Origin: Pirellulales bacterium
GTDB lineage: Bacteria; Planctomycetota; Planctomycetia; Pirellulales; JALHPA01
Assembly (NCBI GenBank): GCA_049840575.1
Contig: JASGKV010000020.1
Location: 121,705 to 185,704 of the forward strand
Direction of reading: 5' to 3'
DNA length: 64,000 nt
Positions 31,873-43,944 of the stretch are shown in pieces (the stretch's first letter is position 1; each line of letters starts with the position of its first letter). The notes beneath the pieces were generated by a model. That model worked only from the letters and a program-made list of their open reading frames with translations. It made no database searches and was not told where the DNA came from. The position numbers were made by a program, and so were the translations under genes.

Positions 31873-33318
31873 ATGCAGACGTTTTTCAAAATCGCCGTCC
31901 TTGCGCTCTTAGCTTTCCAAGCGCCCATCATCGCGGCGGCGGAATCGGCGAAACCGAACATCATCGTGATCTTGGCCGACGACCTGGGCTACGGCGAGTT
32001 GGGCTGTTATGGGCAAAAGGTGATTCGCACACCGAATCTCGATCGCATGGCGGTCGAAGGCCTGCGGTTTACGCATTTTTATGCCGGGGCGACCGTCTGC
32101 GCGCCGTCGCGCAGCGTGTTGATGACCGGCCGGCATCATGGACACACGACCGTCCGGGGCAACGCTGGACAAACCAACCCCGCGGCGCAAGCGTTGAAGC
32201 CCGACGACGTCACCGTGGCGAAGGTGCTGCACGACGCCGGCTATCGAACCGCGCTCGTCGGCAAGTGGGGGTTGGGCGACGTCGGCGCGGCCGAACAGGG
32301 TCTGCCGCGCAAACAAGGCTTCGACGAGTTCTACGGCTTCCTCAACCAATCGCACGCGCATAACCATTATCCCGATTTTTTGTGGCGAAACGAGACCAAA
32401 GAAACGCTGCCGAACGATTTGGTCGCGAAGGGGAACGTTGGAGCCGGCTACGCGACGAAGCCCAAAGCCTATGCCGACGATCTGTTCGCCGACGAGGCGA
32501 TCAAGTTCGTCACGGCGAACAAGCAACGACCGTTCTTCTTGTTCTGGAGCATGGTCGTTCCGCACGCCAATAACGAACGCGCGGTCGCGTTGAAGAACGG
32601 CGCCGAAGTCCCCGACCTCGGGCCGTACGCCGACAACGATTGGCCGGAGACCGACAAGGGTCATGCCGCGATGATCACGCGCATGGACGGTTACGTCGGA
32701 CGGATGCTGGCCACGTTAAAGGAACAGGGGCTGGACGACAACACGTTGGTGATTTTCACCAGTGACAACGGTCCACACGACGAAAGCCGGCACGACCTGA
32801 CGCGGTTCACGCCGTCGGGGCCGTATCGCGGGATCAAACGGGCGTTGACCGACGGCGGCATCCGAGTGCCGTTCATCGCTCGCATGCCGGGCCGCGTGCC
32901 GGCCGGAAAAACGTCGGACCACGTCGGCTACTTCGGCGATCTGATGGCGACGTTCGCCGAGTTAGCCGGTGCGAGGCCGCCGCGCGAAGGCGATTCCGTC
33001 AGCCTGGTCCCGACATTGTTAGGCAAACCGGACGAGCAACAGCGGCACGAGTTTCTGTATTGGGAGTTTCACGAAGGGGGCTTCCGCCAAGCCGCGCTTT
33101 ATCAGGGTCGCTGGAAGGGGATTCGACGCGGTGCGCCGGACGCGACGATCGAGTTGTATGACACCGATCGCGACCCGAGCGAGAAAACCGATGTGGCCGC
33201 GGCGAACTCTGAAATCGCGACCAGGATCGGCACTTACTTAAACACCGCCCGGAGCGAATCGCTCGATTGGACGCCGCGTTGGAATCCACCCGGCAAAGCC
33301 AAAGCGGTCAATCCCTAA
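31873..33318 (+). CDS. Arylsulfatase
   Basis: Signal peptide; KPNIIVILADDLGYGELGCYG; formylglycine motif CAPSRSVLMTG; GKWGLG; FTSDNG. Confidence 0.95.
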   Translation: MQTFFKIAVLALLAFQAPIIAAAESAKPNIIVILADDLGYGELGCYGQKVIRTPNLDRMAVEGLRFTHFYAGATVCAPSRSVLMTGRHHGHTTVRGNAGQTNPAAQALKPDDVTVAKVLHDAGYRTALVGKWGLGDVGAAEQGLPRKQGFDEFYGFLNQSHAHNHYPDFLWRNETKETLPNDLVAKGNVGAGYATKPKAYADDLFADEAIKFVTANKQRPFFLFWSMVVPHANNERAVALKNGAEVPDLGPYADNDWPETDKGHAAMITRMDGYVGRMLATLKEQGLDDNTLVIFTSDNGPHDESRHDLTRFTPSGPYRGIKRALTDGGIRVPFIARMPGRVPAGKTSDHVGYFGDLMATFAELAGARPPREGDSVSLVPTLLGKPDEQQRHEFLYWEFHEGGFRQAALYQGRWKGIRRGAPDATIELYDTDRDPSEKTDVAAANSEIATRIGTYLNTARSESLDWTPRWNPPGKAKAVNP

Positions 33319-33371
33319 CGATCACAAAGTCGATCCGACTCACACCTTCCAAGTTCATTCCAGGTCGCATC

Positions 33372-34853
33372 ATGTCTCGCTTCGCGAAAATGCTTCGTTC
33401 GACGATCGTCGTGCTTTGCGCGGGCTGGTCGCTGCTTGCCGCCGCGCACGCCGCGCCGCCGAACATCGTGCTAATCATGGCCGACGACCTGGGCGTGGCT
33501 GAACTCGGCTGTTACGGACAGAAACTCATCAAAACGCCAGAGTTGGATCGCATGGCGAAAGAGGGCCTGCGCTTCACGAACTTTTACACCGGCAGTCCGG
33601 TTTGTGCGCCAAGCCGCTGCGTGCTGATGACCGGTCTGCACGGCGGGCACGCGTTCGTGCGCGACAATCGCGAGATCGGCAGCGGCCAGGGCCAACAACC
33701 GATTCCGGCCGACGCCGTGACGATGGCGAGCGTATTGAAAAAGACAGGCTACGCCACGGCCGCGTTCGGCAAGTGGGGACTCGGCAACCCGGGCGGGACG
33801 GGTGAGATCACCAAGCATGGGTTCGATCTGTTCGTGGGGTATCACGATCAGTACCACGCTCACTCGCACTATCCCACGCATCTTTTCCGTAACGGCGAGA
33901 AATTCGAGTTGCCCGGCAATACCGGCGGCAAGGGAACGCAACACACGCAGGACATTTTCGACGACGAAGCGGCCAAGTTCCTCGACGCGCAAGCCGCGGC
34001 GAAGACACCGTTTTTTCTGTACTTTCCCACGACCCTGACGCACGTTTCGTTGCACATTCCCCAGAAGTACGTCGACGAATACCGCGGCAAGTTGGGCGAC
34101 GACCCGGCGTTCGGCAAAGAGACCGATCATTACACGGGTCATGCGACGCCGCATGCCGCGTACGCCGCGATGGTGACGCGGTTGGATACGAGCGTGGGGA
34201 AGCTGCGGAAGAAGCTGGCCGATCTCAAACTGGCCGACAACACGTTGGTCGTGTTTCTGAGCGATAACGGTCCGACGCATGGTCGCGTCGGCGGCGCGGA
34301 CTCGAAATTCTTCAACTCGACCGGCGGCTTGCGCGGCTTGAAGGGGGACGTCTACGAAGGAGGCATTCGTTCGCCGTTGCTCGCCGTATGGCCCGCAACG
34401 ATCGCGGCAGGCGGCGAAAGCGAGCTGTTGTGCGCATCGTACGATCTGTTTCCGACGTTTTGCGATGTGGCCAAGATCGACGCGCCGAACCATCTGGATG
34501 GACTGTCGATCATGCCGACGTTGCTCGGCAAGTCGTCCGAGCAGAAGCCGCACGACTATCTATTCTGGGAGTTCGGCGGCTACGGCGGGCAGCAGGCGAT
34601 CCGCTACGAACACTGGAAAGCCGTCCGTCGACAGTTAAACAAAGGAACGATCAAGACAGAGATTTACGACTTGCGTAGCGACCCAAACGAAACGACCGAC
34701 GTGGCCGCGGACGTCCCGGCCGTGGCCGCCAAGATGGAAACGATCTTCAAGGAAGCCCGTACGCCGAACCCGATCTTCAAGATCCAAGCGATCGACGGCG
34801 CAACCACCGCACCGCCGCCCGGCAAAGCCGCCGCCGCGAAGAAGGCGAAATGA
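33372..34853 (+). CDS. Arylsulfatase
   Basis: PPNIVLIMADDLG; CAPSRCVLMTG; GKWGLG; FLSDNG; GLKGDVYEGGIRSP. Confidence 0.95.
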   Translation: MSRFAKMLRSTIVVLCAGWSLLAAAHAAPPNIVLIMADDLGVAELGCYGQKLIKTPELDRMAKEGLRFTNFYTGSPVCAPSRCVLMTGLHGGHAFVRDNREIGSGQGQQPIPADAVTMASVLKKTGYATAAFGKWGLGNPGGTGEITKHGFDLFVGYHDQYHAHSHYPTHLFRNGEKFELPGNTGGKGTQHTQDIFDDEAAKFLDAQAAAKTPFFLYFPTTLTHVSLHIPQKYVDEYRGKLGDDPAFGKETDHYTGHATPHAAYAAMVTRLDTSVGKLRKKLADLKLADNTLVVFLSDNGPTHGRVGGADSKFFNSTGGLRGLKGDVYEGGIRSPLLAVWPATIAAGGESELLCASYDLFPTFCDVAKIDAPNHLDGLSIMPTLLGKSSEQKPHDYLFWEFGGYGGQQAIRYEHWKAVRRQLNKGTIKTEIYDLRSDPNETTDVAADVPAVAAKMETIFKEARTPNPIFKIQAIDGATTAPPPGKAAAAKKAK

Positions 34854-34860
34854 ATTCGGG

Positions 34861-35501
34861 ATGGCCTCAAGAAAAACAAGAAGGACAAAAAGCGAGCGGT
34901 TCAAAGTCGTGCGGACGTTGTTACCCTGAACGTGGGAAAACGAATAGATAGAAAGGACATGCTTACCTTGTCATCCGCCTTAAATCTCGTTGTGAGATAT
35001 GAATCATGGAGAAAGATCCGATCTTCGATTTGTGCGACGTCATTCGCGAGACGGCGTTCGCCGCGCATCGATTTCTTGGACCCGGGCATTTGGAAAAAGT
35101 TTATGAAACCTCACTGTTCAATCGTTTGAAGAAACAAGGTATTCACGTCGAACGTCAGACGCCGCTGTTCGTATATGACGAGGACGGGTCGATCTGGGAG
35201 AATATTTCGCGGATTTACTCGTGGCCGGCGAGTTGATCGTGGAAATCAAAGCGGCCAACGCGTTGTGCGACGAGCATTACGCGCAGATACTCGGATATTC
35301 GAGATCCGCACGTCGTCGACACGGACTTCTGATTAATTTCGGCGGCAAGAAACTGGTCGTGAGAAAATTCTTTTTCGACCTCGATGATCCTTTGCGTAAA
35401 GAACTCGATGCATCACACGAAACATGACGACGGTCGTGGAGTACCCGAGCGATTACGAACCTAAGTCCTTTTTTGTCCTTTTTGTTTTTCTTGCGGCCAT
35501 T
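34861..35501. mobile_element. Inverted-repeat-bounded GxxExxY cassette
   Basis: ATGGCCTCAAGAAAAACAAGAAGGACAAAAAG (34861-34892) and near reverse complement TTTTTGTCCTTTTTGTTTTTCTTGCGGCCAT (about 35470-35500) flank a single gene. Confidence 0.55.
35006..35427 (+). CDS. GxxExxY protein (PD-(D/E)XK-like), frameshifted
   Basis: AHRFLGPGHLEKVYE...ERQTPLFVYD; LIVEIKAANALCDEHYAQILGY...GLLINFG. Confidence 0.88.
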
Positions 35502-35537
35502 CCGCATCTTTAGCCTCTTTGAGGCCGATCGCATTTT

Positions 35538-36724
35538 ATGTCTACGCAATTCCTCGATCACGTTTCCAAACAACTCGACGAACTTCGCGCCGCGGGGTTG
35601 GAGAAGCCCGAGCGGGTCATCGCTTCGCCGCAGGCGGGGCGGATCGCGGCCGGCGGCAAGACCGACGTGCTGAATCTGTGCGCCAACAATTACCTGGGGC
35701 TGGCCGATCATCCCGAGGTGATCGCCGCGGCCAAGGCCGCGCTCGATCAGTGGGGCTTCGGCATGGCCAGCGTCCGCTTCATCTGCGGCACGCAGAAACC
35801 GCACAAGGTGCTCGAACGCCGACTCTCCGAATTCCTGGGGACCGACGACACGATCCTGTACGGCAGTTGCTTCGACGCCAACGGCGGGCTGTTCGAGACG
35901 TTGTTCGGACCCGAAGACGCGATCATCAGCGACGAACTGAACCACGCCAGCATCATCGACGGCATCCGCCTCTGCAAAGCGCAACGCTTCCGCTACAAGA
36001 ACAACAACCTCGACGATCTCCGCGCGAAACTCGAAGAGGCGAAAAACGCCCGCTTCCGCGTGATCGCCACCGACGGCGTCTTTTCGATGGACGGCATCAT
36101 CGCGAACCTGCCGGGCATCTGCGACTTGGCCGACGAGTACGACGCGCGCTCGTGATGATGGACGATTGTCACGCCACCGGCTTCCTGGGCAAGACCGGCC
36201 GCGGCACGCACGAGCATCACGGCTGCGTCGGCCGTATCGACTTGCTGACCGGCACTCTGGGCAAAGCGGTCAGCGGCGGCAGCGGCGGGTATATCGCCGG
36301 GCACAAGCCATTGGTGGAGTATCTGCGCCAACGCTCGCGACCGTATCTGTTCAGCAACTCGCTCGCGCCGCCGTTGGTGGCCGGCGCGTTGGCCGCGCTC
36401 GACGTTTTGCAACGCTCGACCGAGCTGCGCGATCGGATCATGGAGAACACCAAGTTCTTCCGCGCGGAGATCGTCAAAGCCGGCTTCACGATCATCCCGG
36501 GAGAGCACCCGATCACGCCGATCATGCTGGGCGACGCCGCGCTGGCCGCGCGGATGGCCGAAGAGATGATGAAAGAAGGCGTGTACGTGATCGGCTTCAG
36601 CTTCCCGGTCGTGCCGCACGGCAAGGCGCGGATTCGCACGCAAATCTCGGCCGCGCACACACGTGCGGACTTGGAATTCGCCCTAGCGGCGTTTCAGCGG
36701 GTGAAAGCGCGGTTGGGGATCTAA
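35538..36724 (+). CDS. kbl: Glycine C-acetyltransferase (2-amino-3-ketobutyrate CoA ligase), frameshifted
   Basis: [76 protein letters not shown]. Confidence 0.93.
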
Positions 36725-36958
36725 GGAGAGCGAATCGCTGATAAACAATTCACGAAATACGACGTGCTTTTCGTCGTTTCTCGTCATTTGCAAACGATTC
36801 TGGCTTTTCCGATCGGACAAGGTTACAACGGACGCGTTTCCGGCTTCGACGCACTCTCTGCGATCGAAGCGGGTGAAACGGTGGGTGCAGAGACGTGGAA
36901 TCGCCCGGCGCGGTCGGGCGTGATTCGAATCGTTTACCGTCTTCCCGGAGGGATCGCC

Positions 36959-38617
36959 ATGAAACGTTGGATACTGTTGTGTATCGTCCCCGTAGTCATC
37001 GTCGGGATGCTGCTGGCGACGCCGAGCGCGAGCGTCGCGCAATTCGGTTCGAAGGGGTTTGCGCCGAACAACAACAATTTCAATAAAAACAATAACAACA
37101 ACTTCAAAGGCCCCAGCGACAGCGCGATCATCACCAAGGGCATCCTGGATCTGGGAACCGCGCTCATCAAGAGTTCGAACAACGGGAATAACGGCGGAAA
37201 CAATAACAAAAACAACTACCCGCCCGTCCCGGGTTGGATTCCGAACAACAATCAGAACAAACAACCTACGATCATTTACCAACCACAACCTCAACCGCAA
37301 ACGGTCTACATCCAAGCCCCGCCCGCCCCGGTCGCGGCTCCGCCTGCGGCGCCACCTGCTCCGGTCGCCGTGCCGAAGGAGAACGCCAAGCCCGCGCCGA
37401 CGTTGGTGAAGTCGAACCCGAACTCGATCGCGGCGAAGGTGAAGTCGGCGACCGCCGCCGACTTGGCCACGCTCAAAAAAGCGATCGGCGTCGCGCAAGA
37501 AAACCTGGTCGGCAAGATCGAAGAGGAACTCAAAGAGTTCCGTCTCGAACGCTCGTCGCTGATCGTCGAAATGGCGAAATTGAACGTCGACGTCGTCGAT
37601 CAGACCGCCATGCTGCAAGCCTTGAAGAAAGGAGACGCCGAACGGGCGCAAATCCTATGGACCAAAATCACCAAGGATCCCTTGAAGGGCGAGGAACTGG
37701 CGCATAAAGTCGAATTACATAAGTGGTTCGACGACCTCGTCGCCCTCTCCGAAGACGGCGGCATCGGCAGTGCGGAACTGCGGGCGGGTAAGCGACTCTT
37801 CGCCGATCTCGATCTGTCGGCCAAGACCAAAAAGACGTTGAACGCCCATCTGGCGGCGCTGGAAGAAAACTCCGCATTGGCCGACGTCATCGGCAAACTG
37901 AAAGCGGTCGCCGGCGCACCGACCAAAGCCCTGCCGGCCTCGGGCTTTACCATCATCCGTAATCCCAAGTGCGACGCCGTCTGCTGGCTCGGCGACGGCT
38001 ACGTGATGGTCCCGGGCGGCGAAACGTTGGCGATCGAAAGCAACGGCACCGTCTGCGGTGCGATGGGCTGGCCGCTGGGTTCGGATTCGCCCTGTCCGAC
38101 GACCGACTCGAAGTGGACCTACGAAGGCGTGTTGTTGAACGGCCCCGAGGGCGAAGGCCAAGTCAACTACATCATTTCCAACAATAACTACACGATCAAC
38201 GCGGGCCAAACGCAACGCCTGGACGCGGGAACGTCGTACACGATTACGTTCTTTCCCGGCGGCAAGGCCGCGAAAAAGACTTACGCGTTGACCGACGGCA
38301 GTTACAAATTCGCGCCGGTCGACGGAGCATGGGAGTTGCAATCGCACAAGTATGCGATCGACCTGAACAACCGCGCCAACACCAACGTCTTCCACGCCGT
38401 GATCGATAACGTGCGTGTGGAAATTCCGGCGGGTGAAGTTAAAACGTTCGAGAGCAAGTACCCGATCGACGTGAAGTTCGACCGCGGCAACGGCACGTCG
38501 GAACGGAATGTCCGATTGGAGAAAGGCTCGTACAAGATCGCCGTCCACCCGACGGACAATCTGTGGGACCTCTACTCGGCCGACCAATTCGCCGGCGACC
38601 CGGTGGCGTCGAAGTAA
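36959..38617 (+). CDS. Exported hypothetical protein with Asn-rich and Pro-rich low-complexity N-terminus
   Basis: GGAGGG SD then MKRWILLCIVPVVIVGMLLATPSASVAQ; intact ORF with normal codon pattern. Confidence 0.8.
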   Translation: MKRWILLCIVPVVIVGMLLATPSASVAQFGSKGFAPNNNNFNKNNNNNFKGPSDSAIITKGILDLGTALIKSSNNGNNGGNNNKNNYPPVPGWIPNNNQNKQPTIIYQPQPQPQTVYIQAPPAPVAAPPAAPPAPVAVPKENAKPAPTLVKSNPNSIAAKVKSATAADLATLKKAIGVAQENLVGKIEEELKEFRLERSSLIVEMAKLNVDVVDQTAMLQALKKGDAERAQILWTKITKDPLKGEELAHKVELHKWFDDLVALSEDGGIGSAELRAGKRLFADLDLSAKTKKTLNAHLAALEENSALADVIGKLKAVAGAPTKALPASGFTIIRNPKCDAVCWLGDGYVMVPGGETLAIESNGTVCGAMGWPLGSDSPCPTTDSKWTYEGVLLNGPEGEGQVNYIISNNNYTINAGQTQRLDAGTSYTITFFPGGKAAKKTYALTDGSYKFAPVDGAWELQSHKYAIDLNNRANTNVFHAVIDNVRVEIPAGEVKTFESKYPIDVKFDRGNGTSERNVRLEKGSYKIAVHPTDNLWDLYSADQFAGDPVASK

Positions 38618-38633
38618 AGGCGCACCGTCTACG

Positions 38634-38667
38634 AAAAACCGCGTGGAGACGGTTCGTCTCCACGCGG
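38634..38667 (-). terminator. Terminator hairpin between convergent genes
   Basis: CCGCGTGGAGACG-GTT-CGTCTCCACGCGG with an A5 run on the left (U tract on minus strand). Confidence 0.7.
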
Positions 38668-38680
38668 GATAAGAAGCAAC

Positions 38681-39827
38681 TCACTTCGCGAAGTGTTCGA
38701 ACGCCCACTGCTTGAATTCCCCCTGGGCTTTCGCTCCGTCGCCGGGGAACCCGGCGTGTTGGACCATCCAGATCACGGCGATGCCCTTTTTCGGGTAGAT
38801 CTCCATGTTGGTCGCGTGCGCGCCGCCGTGGCCGAACGTTTCGCTTCCCACGGAGAACCCCAGACCGTAGCTTTCCTTCACCGTGTCGGGCGTCTGACGC
38901 TTGCTCAGCTCCTTCAGCGCCGCTTCGCTGAGATATCGCTTACCGTCCAACTCGCCGCCGTTCAGCAACATGCGACAGAACTTCGCCGTGTCGGCGGCCG
39001 TCGAGAACAATCCGCCCGCCGGCATCGGAAAGCGTTTGGTTTTGTCGCTTAACGGATAGATCAGTTGCGAAATCTTGAACTCGTCCAGGTTCGTTTTGTC
39101 TTTGTTCGGGCGATACGACTTGGCGACCCGCGCGGCTTGGGCTTCGGTCGGCCGGAACGTGGTCTCGGTCATGCCCAACGGATCGAACAGACGTTTTTGC
39201 ATGAACTCTTCGTAGGGCTGTTTGGTCACGACTTCGATCACCCGCGCGGCCGAGTTGATGCCCGCGTTCGAGTATTGGTACTTCGAGCCCGGCTCCCATT
39301 GCAGCGGCGTCATCGCGTAGGTTCGCACGGCCGCGGCCAACGGCAGCCCGTCGAGCGTCGGGACTTCGGCGTCCGATTTGAACGGCATGCCGCTCAGATG
39401 GCTCAGCGCGTTGCGGATCGTGGGCGAACGCGCGGGCTTTTTCAGCAGCGTATGCTCGCCGTCCTTTTCGACGACCATGAGTTGCCCCTTGAACTCGGGC
39501 AAGTATTTTTCGAGCGGATCGTCGAGCGCGATCTTCCCTTCGTCGACCAGCATCAGCACCGCCACGGCGGTCATCGGCTTGGTTTGCGAGGCGATCCAGA
39601 ACACGCGCGTCGTCGGTCATTTTCTTGTCGTTCGCGATGTCCGCGTATCCGACCGTTTGCACGGCCAGCACGCGATCCTTGTCGACGACCATCCCGACCG
39701 CGCCGGCCAGTTCGTGCTTGTCGACGTGCGCGGTCAGCGACGGCGGCGCAGGAAGCGGATCGCGCGCATGCGACGGCGCAAGCAGACACAGACCGAGGAC
39801 GAACGACGCGAGCGAAACAAACTTCAT
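38681..39827 (-). CDS. Serine hydrolase (beta-lactamase family), frameshifted
   Basis: FWIASQTKP (SxxK), PGSKYQYSN, AGGLFSTAAD, FGHGGA. Confidence 0.9.
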
Positions 39828-39900
39828 GGCGAGAACTCCGGAAGGTCGGGCGGATGCGGTGGGAACCGGCAATGCGGGGCGGGGTTTAGGGCGTCGGACG

Positions 39901-40657
39901 TTATTCGACGCCCCACAGTTTGGTCAGCAGATCGAACGTCTCCGGATCGTGCAGCCGCAGTTCGGCCGCCACGAACGGATAAAAGTTGTTCACACCGAAG
40001 TAGGCTTCGCTCGCTTCGGCGAAAAATTCCAACGCGTCGGTCGTGGCATACGCCGGCCCGATGCGTCCCTTGGCCGATAACACGTGGTCGTACGAACCGA
40101 CTTCCTTCGCGCGTGCGAACGCGGTCAGGATCTCGGCGTTCGCGCGGCCGTCGGTCACGACCCGATCATGATACGCGTGCGCCAACTCGTGCAACAGCAG
40201 CGACGGATGTTCGCGCGTCCAAGCGACGTAAGTGTCGGCGTTCGAGATTTCCACGCCCCGGGCTTTATCCGGATTCATGCCCAGCAGTTTTAAGTTCTCG
40301 ACGTCGAGATGATAGACGGCGCACGGATGATGCGGTTCGTTCCGTTCCAACCAAATCGGCGTCTCGCGGAGCTTGGCGACCGCCTTGGACGGCAACCGTC
40401 GCGCGACGTCGAACAGTTGAAACTCCAACACGCGTCGCGCCGCGCGATACGTCGCCGGATCGTCGACGATCAAACGTTTGTTGATCCGCATGCGCCACCC
40501 CTCGATCACGTGCGTTTCATACTGCGCTCGACGGATCATACGCGACCGCGACCGGTTTCGCCCGCACATCGGCCTTCGGAGGAACGGGCGCCTGCGCGAA
40601 CGCGACGACCACCACCAGCCACGGCATCACCCCCAGCCAACGAACGCCCGGCGACAT
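39901..40657 (-). CDS. Exported zinc metallopeptidase-like protein, frameshifted
   Basis: IEGWRMRI...CAVYH...LLHELAHAYHD...EFFAEASEAYFGVNNFYPF; hydrophobic N-terminus in another frame. Confidence 0.8.
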
Positions 40658-41081
40658 GCGCGACTCCGTAAAAAAACGCATCGACAAACGCCGTTATTCT
40701 CCGGAGATGAACGCGGACATGCAAACTCGTTCTCGTTCATCCGATACGACGGACACTTCCATATACCCGACGTGAAGAGTGCCGGATTCGACTCTCATAA
40801 GAGTTGTAAAATACGAAACTATCGTCTCGTCGAATGGTTCCGACCGGTACACGACCGCATCTTGGCTAGGGAACGTTGGGGACTGTGACACGCGATCCTT
40901 CACCCAGCGTCATCAGACGGTTTTCAAAACACCCTGAATCGGCGTTTTTCCTGAGCGGAGTTCTCGAATAATTGGACAAAGATAACCTCGAATTCAAAAA
41001 ATAAGTGAATTTGGCAGGTAAATTGCTGAAACGATCGCAATGTGTCCGTAAATACTCGCCACTCGACTGGAAAACCGCTCG

Positions 41082-43350
41082 ATGCCCGATCAACCTTTGA
41101 AAGTTTGGCCCGGTCGCTCCTATCCTCTTGTGCGCAGTTGGTCGGGGGCGGGGACGAATTTCGCGTTATTCTCCGAAAATGCGACCAAAGTCGAGCTTTG
41201 TTTGTTTGATTCCGTCGATGCGGAAAAGGAGTCGCACCGTATCCCACTGCCGCTCCATACCGATCAGGTGTGGCATGGCTTTTTTCCGGATGTTTTGCCG
41301 GGCCAACTTTACGGTTTTCGCGTCCACGGACCGTGGGAGCCGAAGATCGGTCACCGCTTCAACGCGGCCAAAGTGCTGTTGGACCCCTATGCGAAGTCGA
41401 TTCGCCGCGAACTGCGTTGGGACGATTCGCTGTTCGGTTACGAAGTGGGCAATAAGGACCTGGATTTGAAGAAAGACGAACGCGACAGCGCGGCGTTTTG
41501 CCCGTTGGCCGAAGTCGTTGATCCCGCCTTCACGTGGGGAAACGATCGCGCGCGCTGCACCCCCTGGCACAAAACCTTCATCTACGAGTGTCACGTCAAA
41601 GGCCTGACCAAACTCCATCCGCTGATCCCGGAAAAACTGCAAGGGACCTACGCCGGGCTAGGGACCGAACCGGTCATCAACCATTTGCTGGACCTGGGCG
41701 TGACGGCCGTCGAGTTATTGCCGATCCATTACTTCTTAAAAGATCGGCATCTGGTCGAAAAAGGGCTGACAAATTACTGGGGTTACAACACCCTCAACTA
41801 CTTTGCGCCCGAGCCCACGTACAACTCGACCGGCAATTCGCTGGGCTCGGTGCAAGAGTTCAAGTTAATGGTCGCCGCCATGCATGCGGCCGGAATCGAG
41901 GTAATCTTGGATGTGGTTTATAACCACACGGCCGAAGGGAACCAGATGGGGCCGACGTTGTCGTTCCGCGGCATCGACAACGCCAGTTATTACCGATTGT
42001 CCCCGGAAGATCCGCTATCACATGGATTTCACCGGTTGCGGCAACACGCTCAATATGATTCATCCACGCGTGTTGCAGCTCATCATGGATAGCTTGCGCT
42101 ATTGGGTGTTGGAGATGCATGTCGACGGGTTCCGCTTCGACTTGGCCAGCACGCTCGCCCGCGAACTGTACGAAGTGAATCGTCTGGGGGCGTTCTTCGA
42201 CATCATCCATCAAGATCCCGTCTTGTCGCAGGTCAAGTTGATCGCGGAACCGTGGGACGTCGGCCCGGGCGGATACCAGGTCGGCAATTTTCCGATCGGT
42301 TGGACCGAATGGAACGGTCGCTACCGCGATCAGGTGTGCGCATTCTGGAAAGGGGACGGCGGCTTGGCGTCGGATATTGCTACGCGTTTGACCGGCAGCA
42401 GCGATCTGTATCAACAGAGCGGCGCTGCGCCGTACGCCAGCGTGAACTTCATCACCTGTCACGACGGGTTCTCGTTGCAGGATTTGGTCAGCTACAACGA
42501 CAAACATAACGACGCGAACGGCGAGGAAAATCGCGACGGCGCGAACGACAACGCCAGTTGGAACTGCGGCGCCGAAGGTCCGACCGACGACGCGAACATT
42601 CTCCGGCTTCGCTCGCAGCAAAAGCGGAATTTGCTGACGACCATGATGTTGTCGACCGGCGTACCGATGCTGTTGGCCGGCGACGAATTCTGTCACACCC
42701 AGAACGGCAACAACAATACGTACTGCCAAGACAACGAATTGACCTGGTTGAATTGGAATCTTGATCCCGAACAAACAAAGTTCTTCGAGTTCGTCAAAGA
42801 CGTTGCGCGGATTCGTCGCGAGCAGCCCGTGTTTCAGCGCAGCACGTTTTTTCAGGTCTGCGCGATCCGCGGGTCCGACGTCAAAGACGTTTCGTGGTTC
42901 AATCCCTCGGGCAATGAAATGTCCGACGCCGATTGGAGCGCGGGCTATGTCCAGTGCCTGGGCATGCGGCTGGCGGGCGACTTGATCGGCGAAGTCACCG
43001 ATCGCGGCGAGCCGATCACAGGCGACACGGTGCTGTTGCTGTTAAACGCCTATCACGAACCATTGGATTTCGTCCTACCCGAGACGAATCCCGAGCATGC
43101 GTGGGTCCGCACGTTCGATACGGCGATCGTGGAGCGCGAGAAATACGATTGCGCGGAGTCAGCCCGTATCAGGTCCAGGGCCGCTCGATGGTGATGTTCG
43201 TCACGCGACTGAAGTCGGAGACGGATCAAGCGGCGTCTTCGGCGCAGTTGGAAAATCTGCGTCGTCAGTCGCGTCGACAACCCACCGATCTTCCTGCGCG
43301 GCGAACTCCCGAATTCCGGCCCGTTGAACGCGGGTCCGGCGATTGCATGA
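41082..43350 (+). CDS. glgX: Glycogen debranching enzyme GlgX, frameshifted; 3' end uncertain
   Basis: [71 protein letters not shown]. Confidence 0.93.
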
Positions 43351-43431
43351 GCGATGAGTCACGAAACGAAAACGACGCACGGTCGAATTTCGATCGTGCG
43401 TCGCCAGTACGTCGAGATGACGCCGTGAGGA

Positions 43432-43944
43432 TTACTTCTTCTTCGCGGCTTTCTTGGGGGCCGGTTTTTTGCGCGCGGCGGCTTTGGTCGCGGGCTTCTT
43501 TGAAGCGGCTTTTTTCACGACCGGTTTCGGAGCGACTTTAGCGGCGGGCTTTTTGGCCGGAGCGACCGGTTTCTTAATCTCGGGCTTTTTCGCGGTGGTC
43601 GCTTTGACCGGGGCCGGGGAATTCCCCATGATCGTTTTCCCCGTCGGTGATTTCAACCCGGGAGCCGTGCCGGAGCGTACCCCACCGGTCACCGGCGAGC
43701 CGGCCGCGCTCTCCCGGCGTAGGGAACGGGATCGCTTGGCCGGGCAGTTGAATTTTGGTGTTCGGCGCGTGGAACTGGCGAGCCGCTTCTTCTTTCAGCT
43801 CGGCCGCGCTTTTGTGCTTAATATCGCGTTCGTGGGCTGTTCGAACGTCTGAATATCTTTGAACGTGCCGTCGGCTTTGCGAACCGCGTAAAGTTTTTTG
43901 CCGGCCGTCGAACGGTGCGTGGTGCGGTGGGCTTTTTTCGCCAT
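43432..43944 (-). CDS. Basic Lys/Ala/Pro-rich histone H1-like protein, frameshifted
   Basis: MAKKAHRTTHRSTAGKKLYAVRKADGTFKDIQTF; C-terminal KKPVAPAKKPAAKVAPKPVVKKAASKKPATKAAARKKPAPKKAAKKK. Confidence 0.7.
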
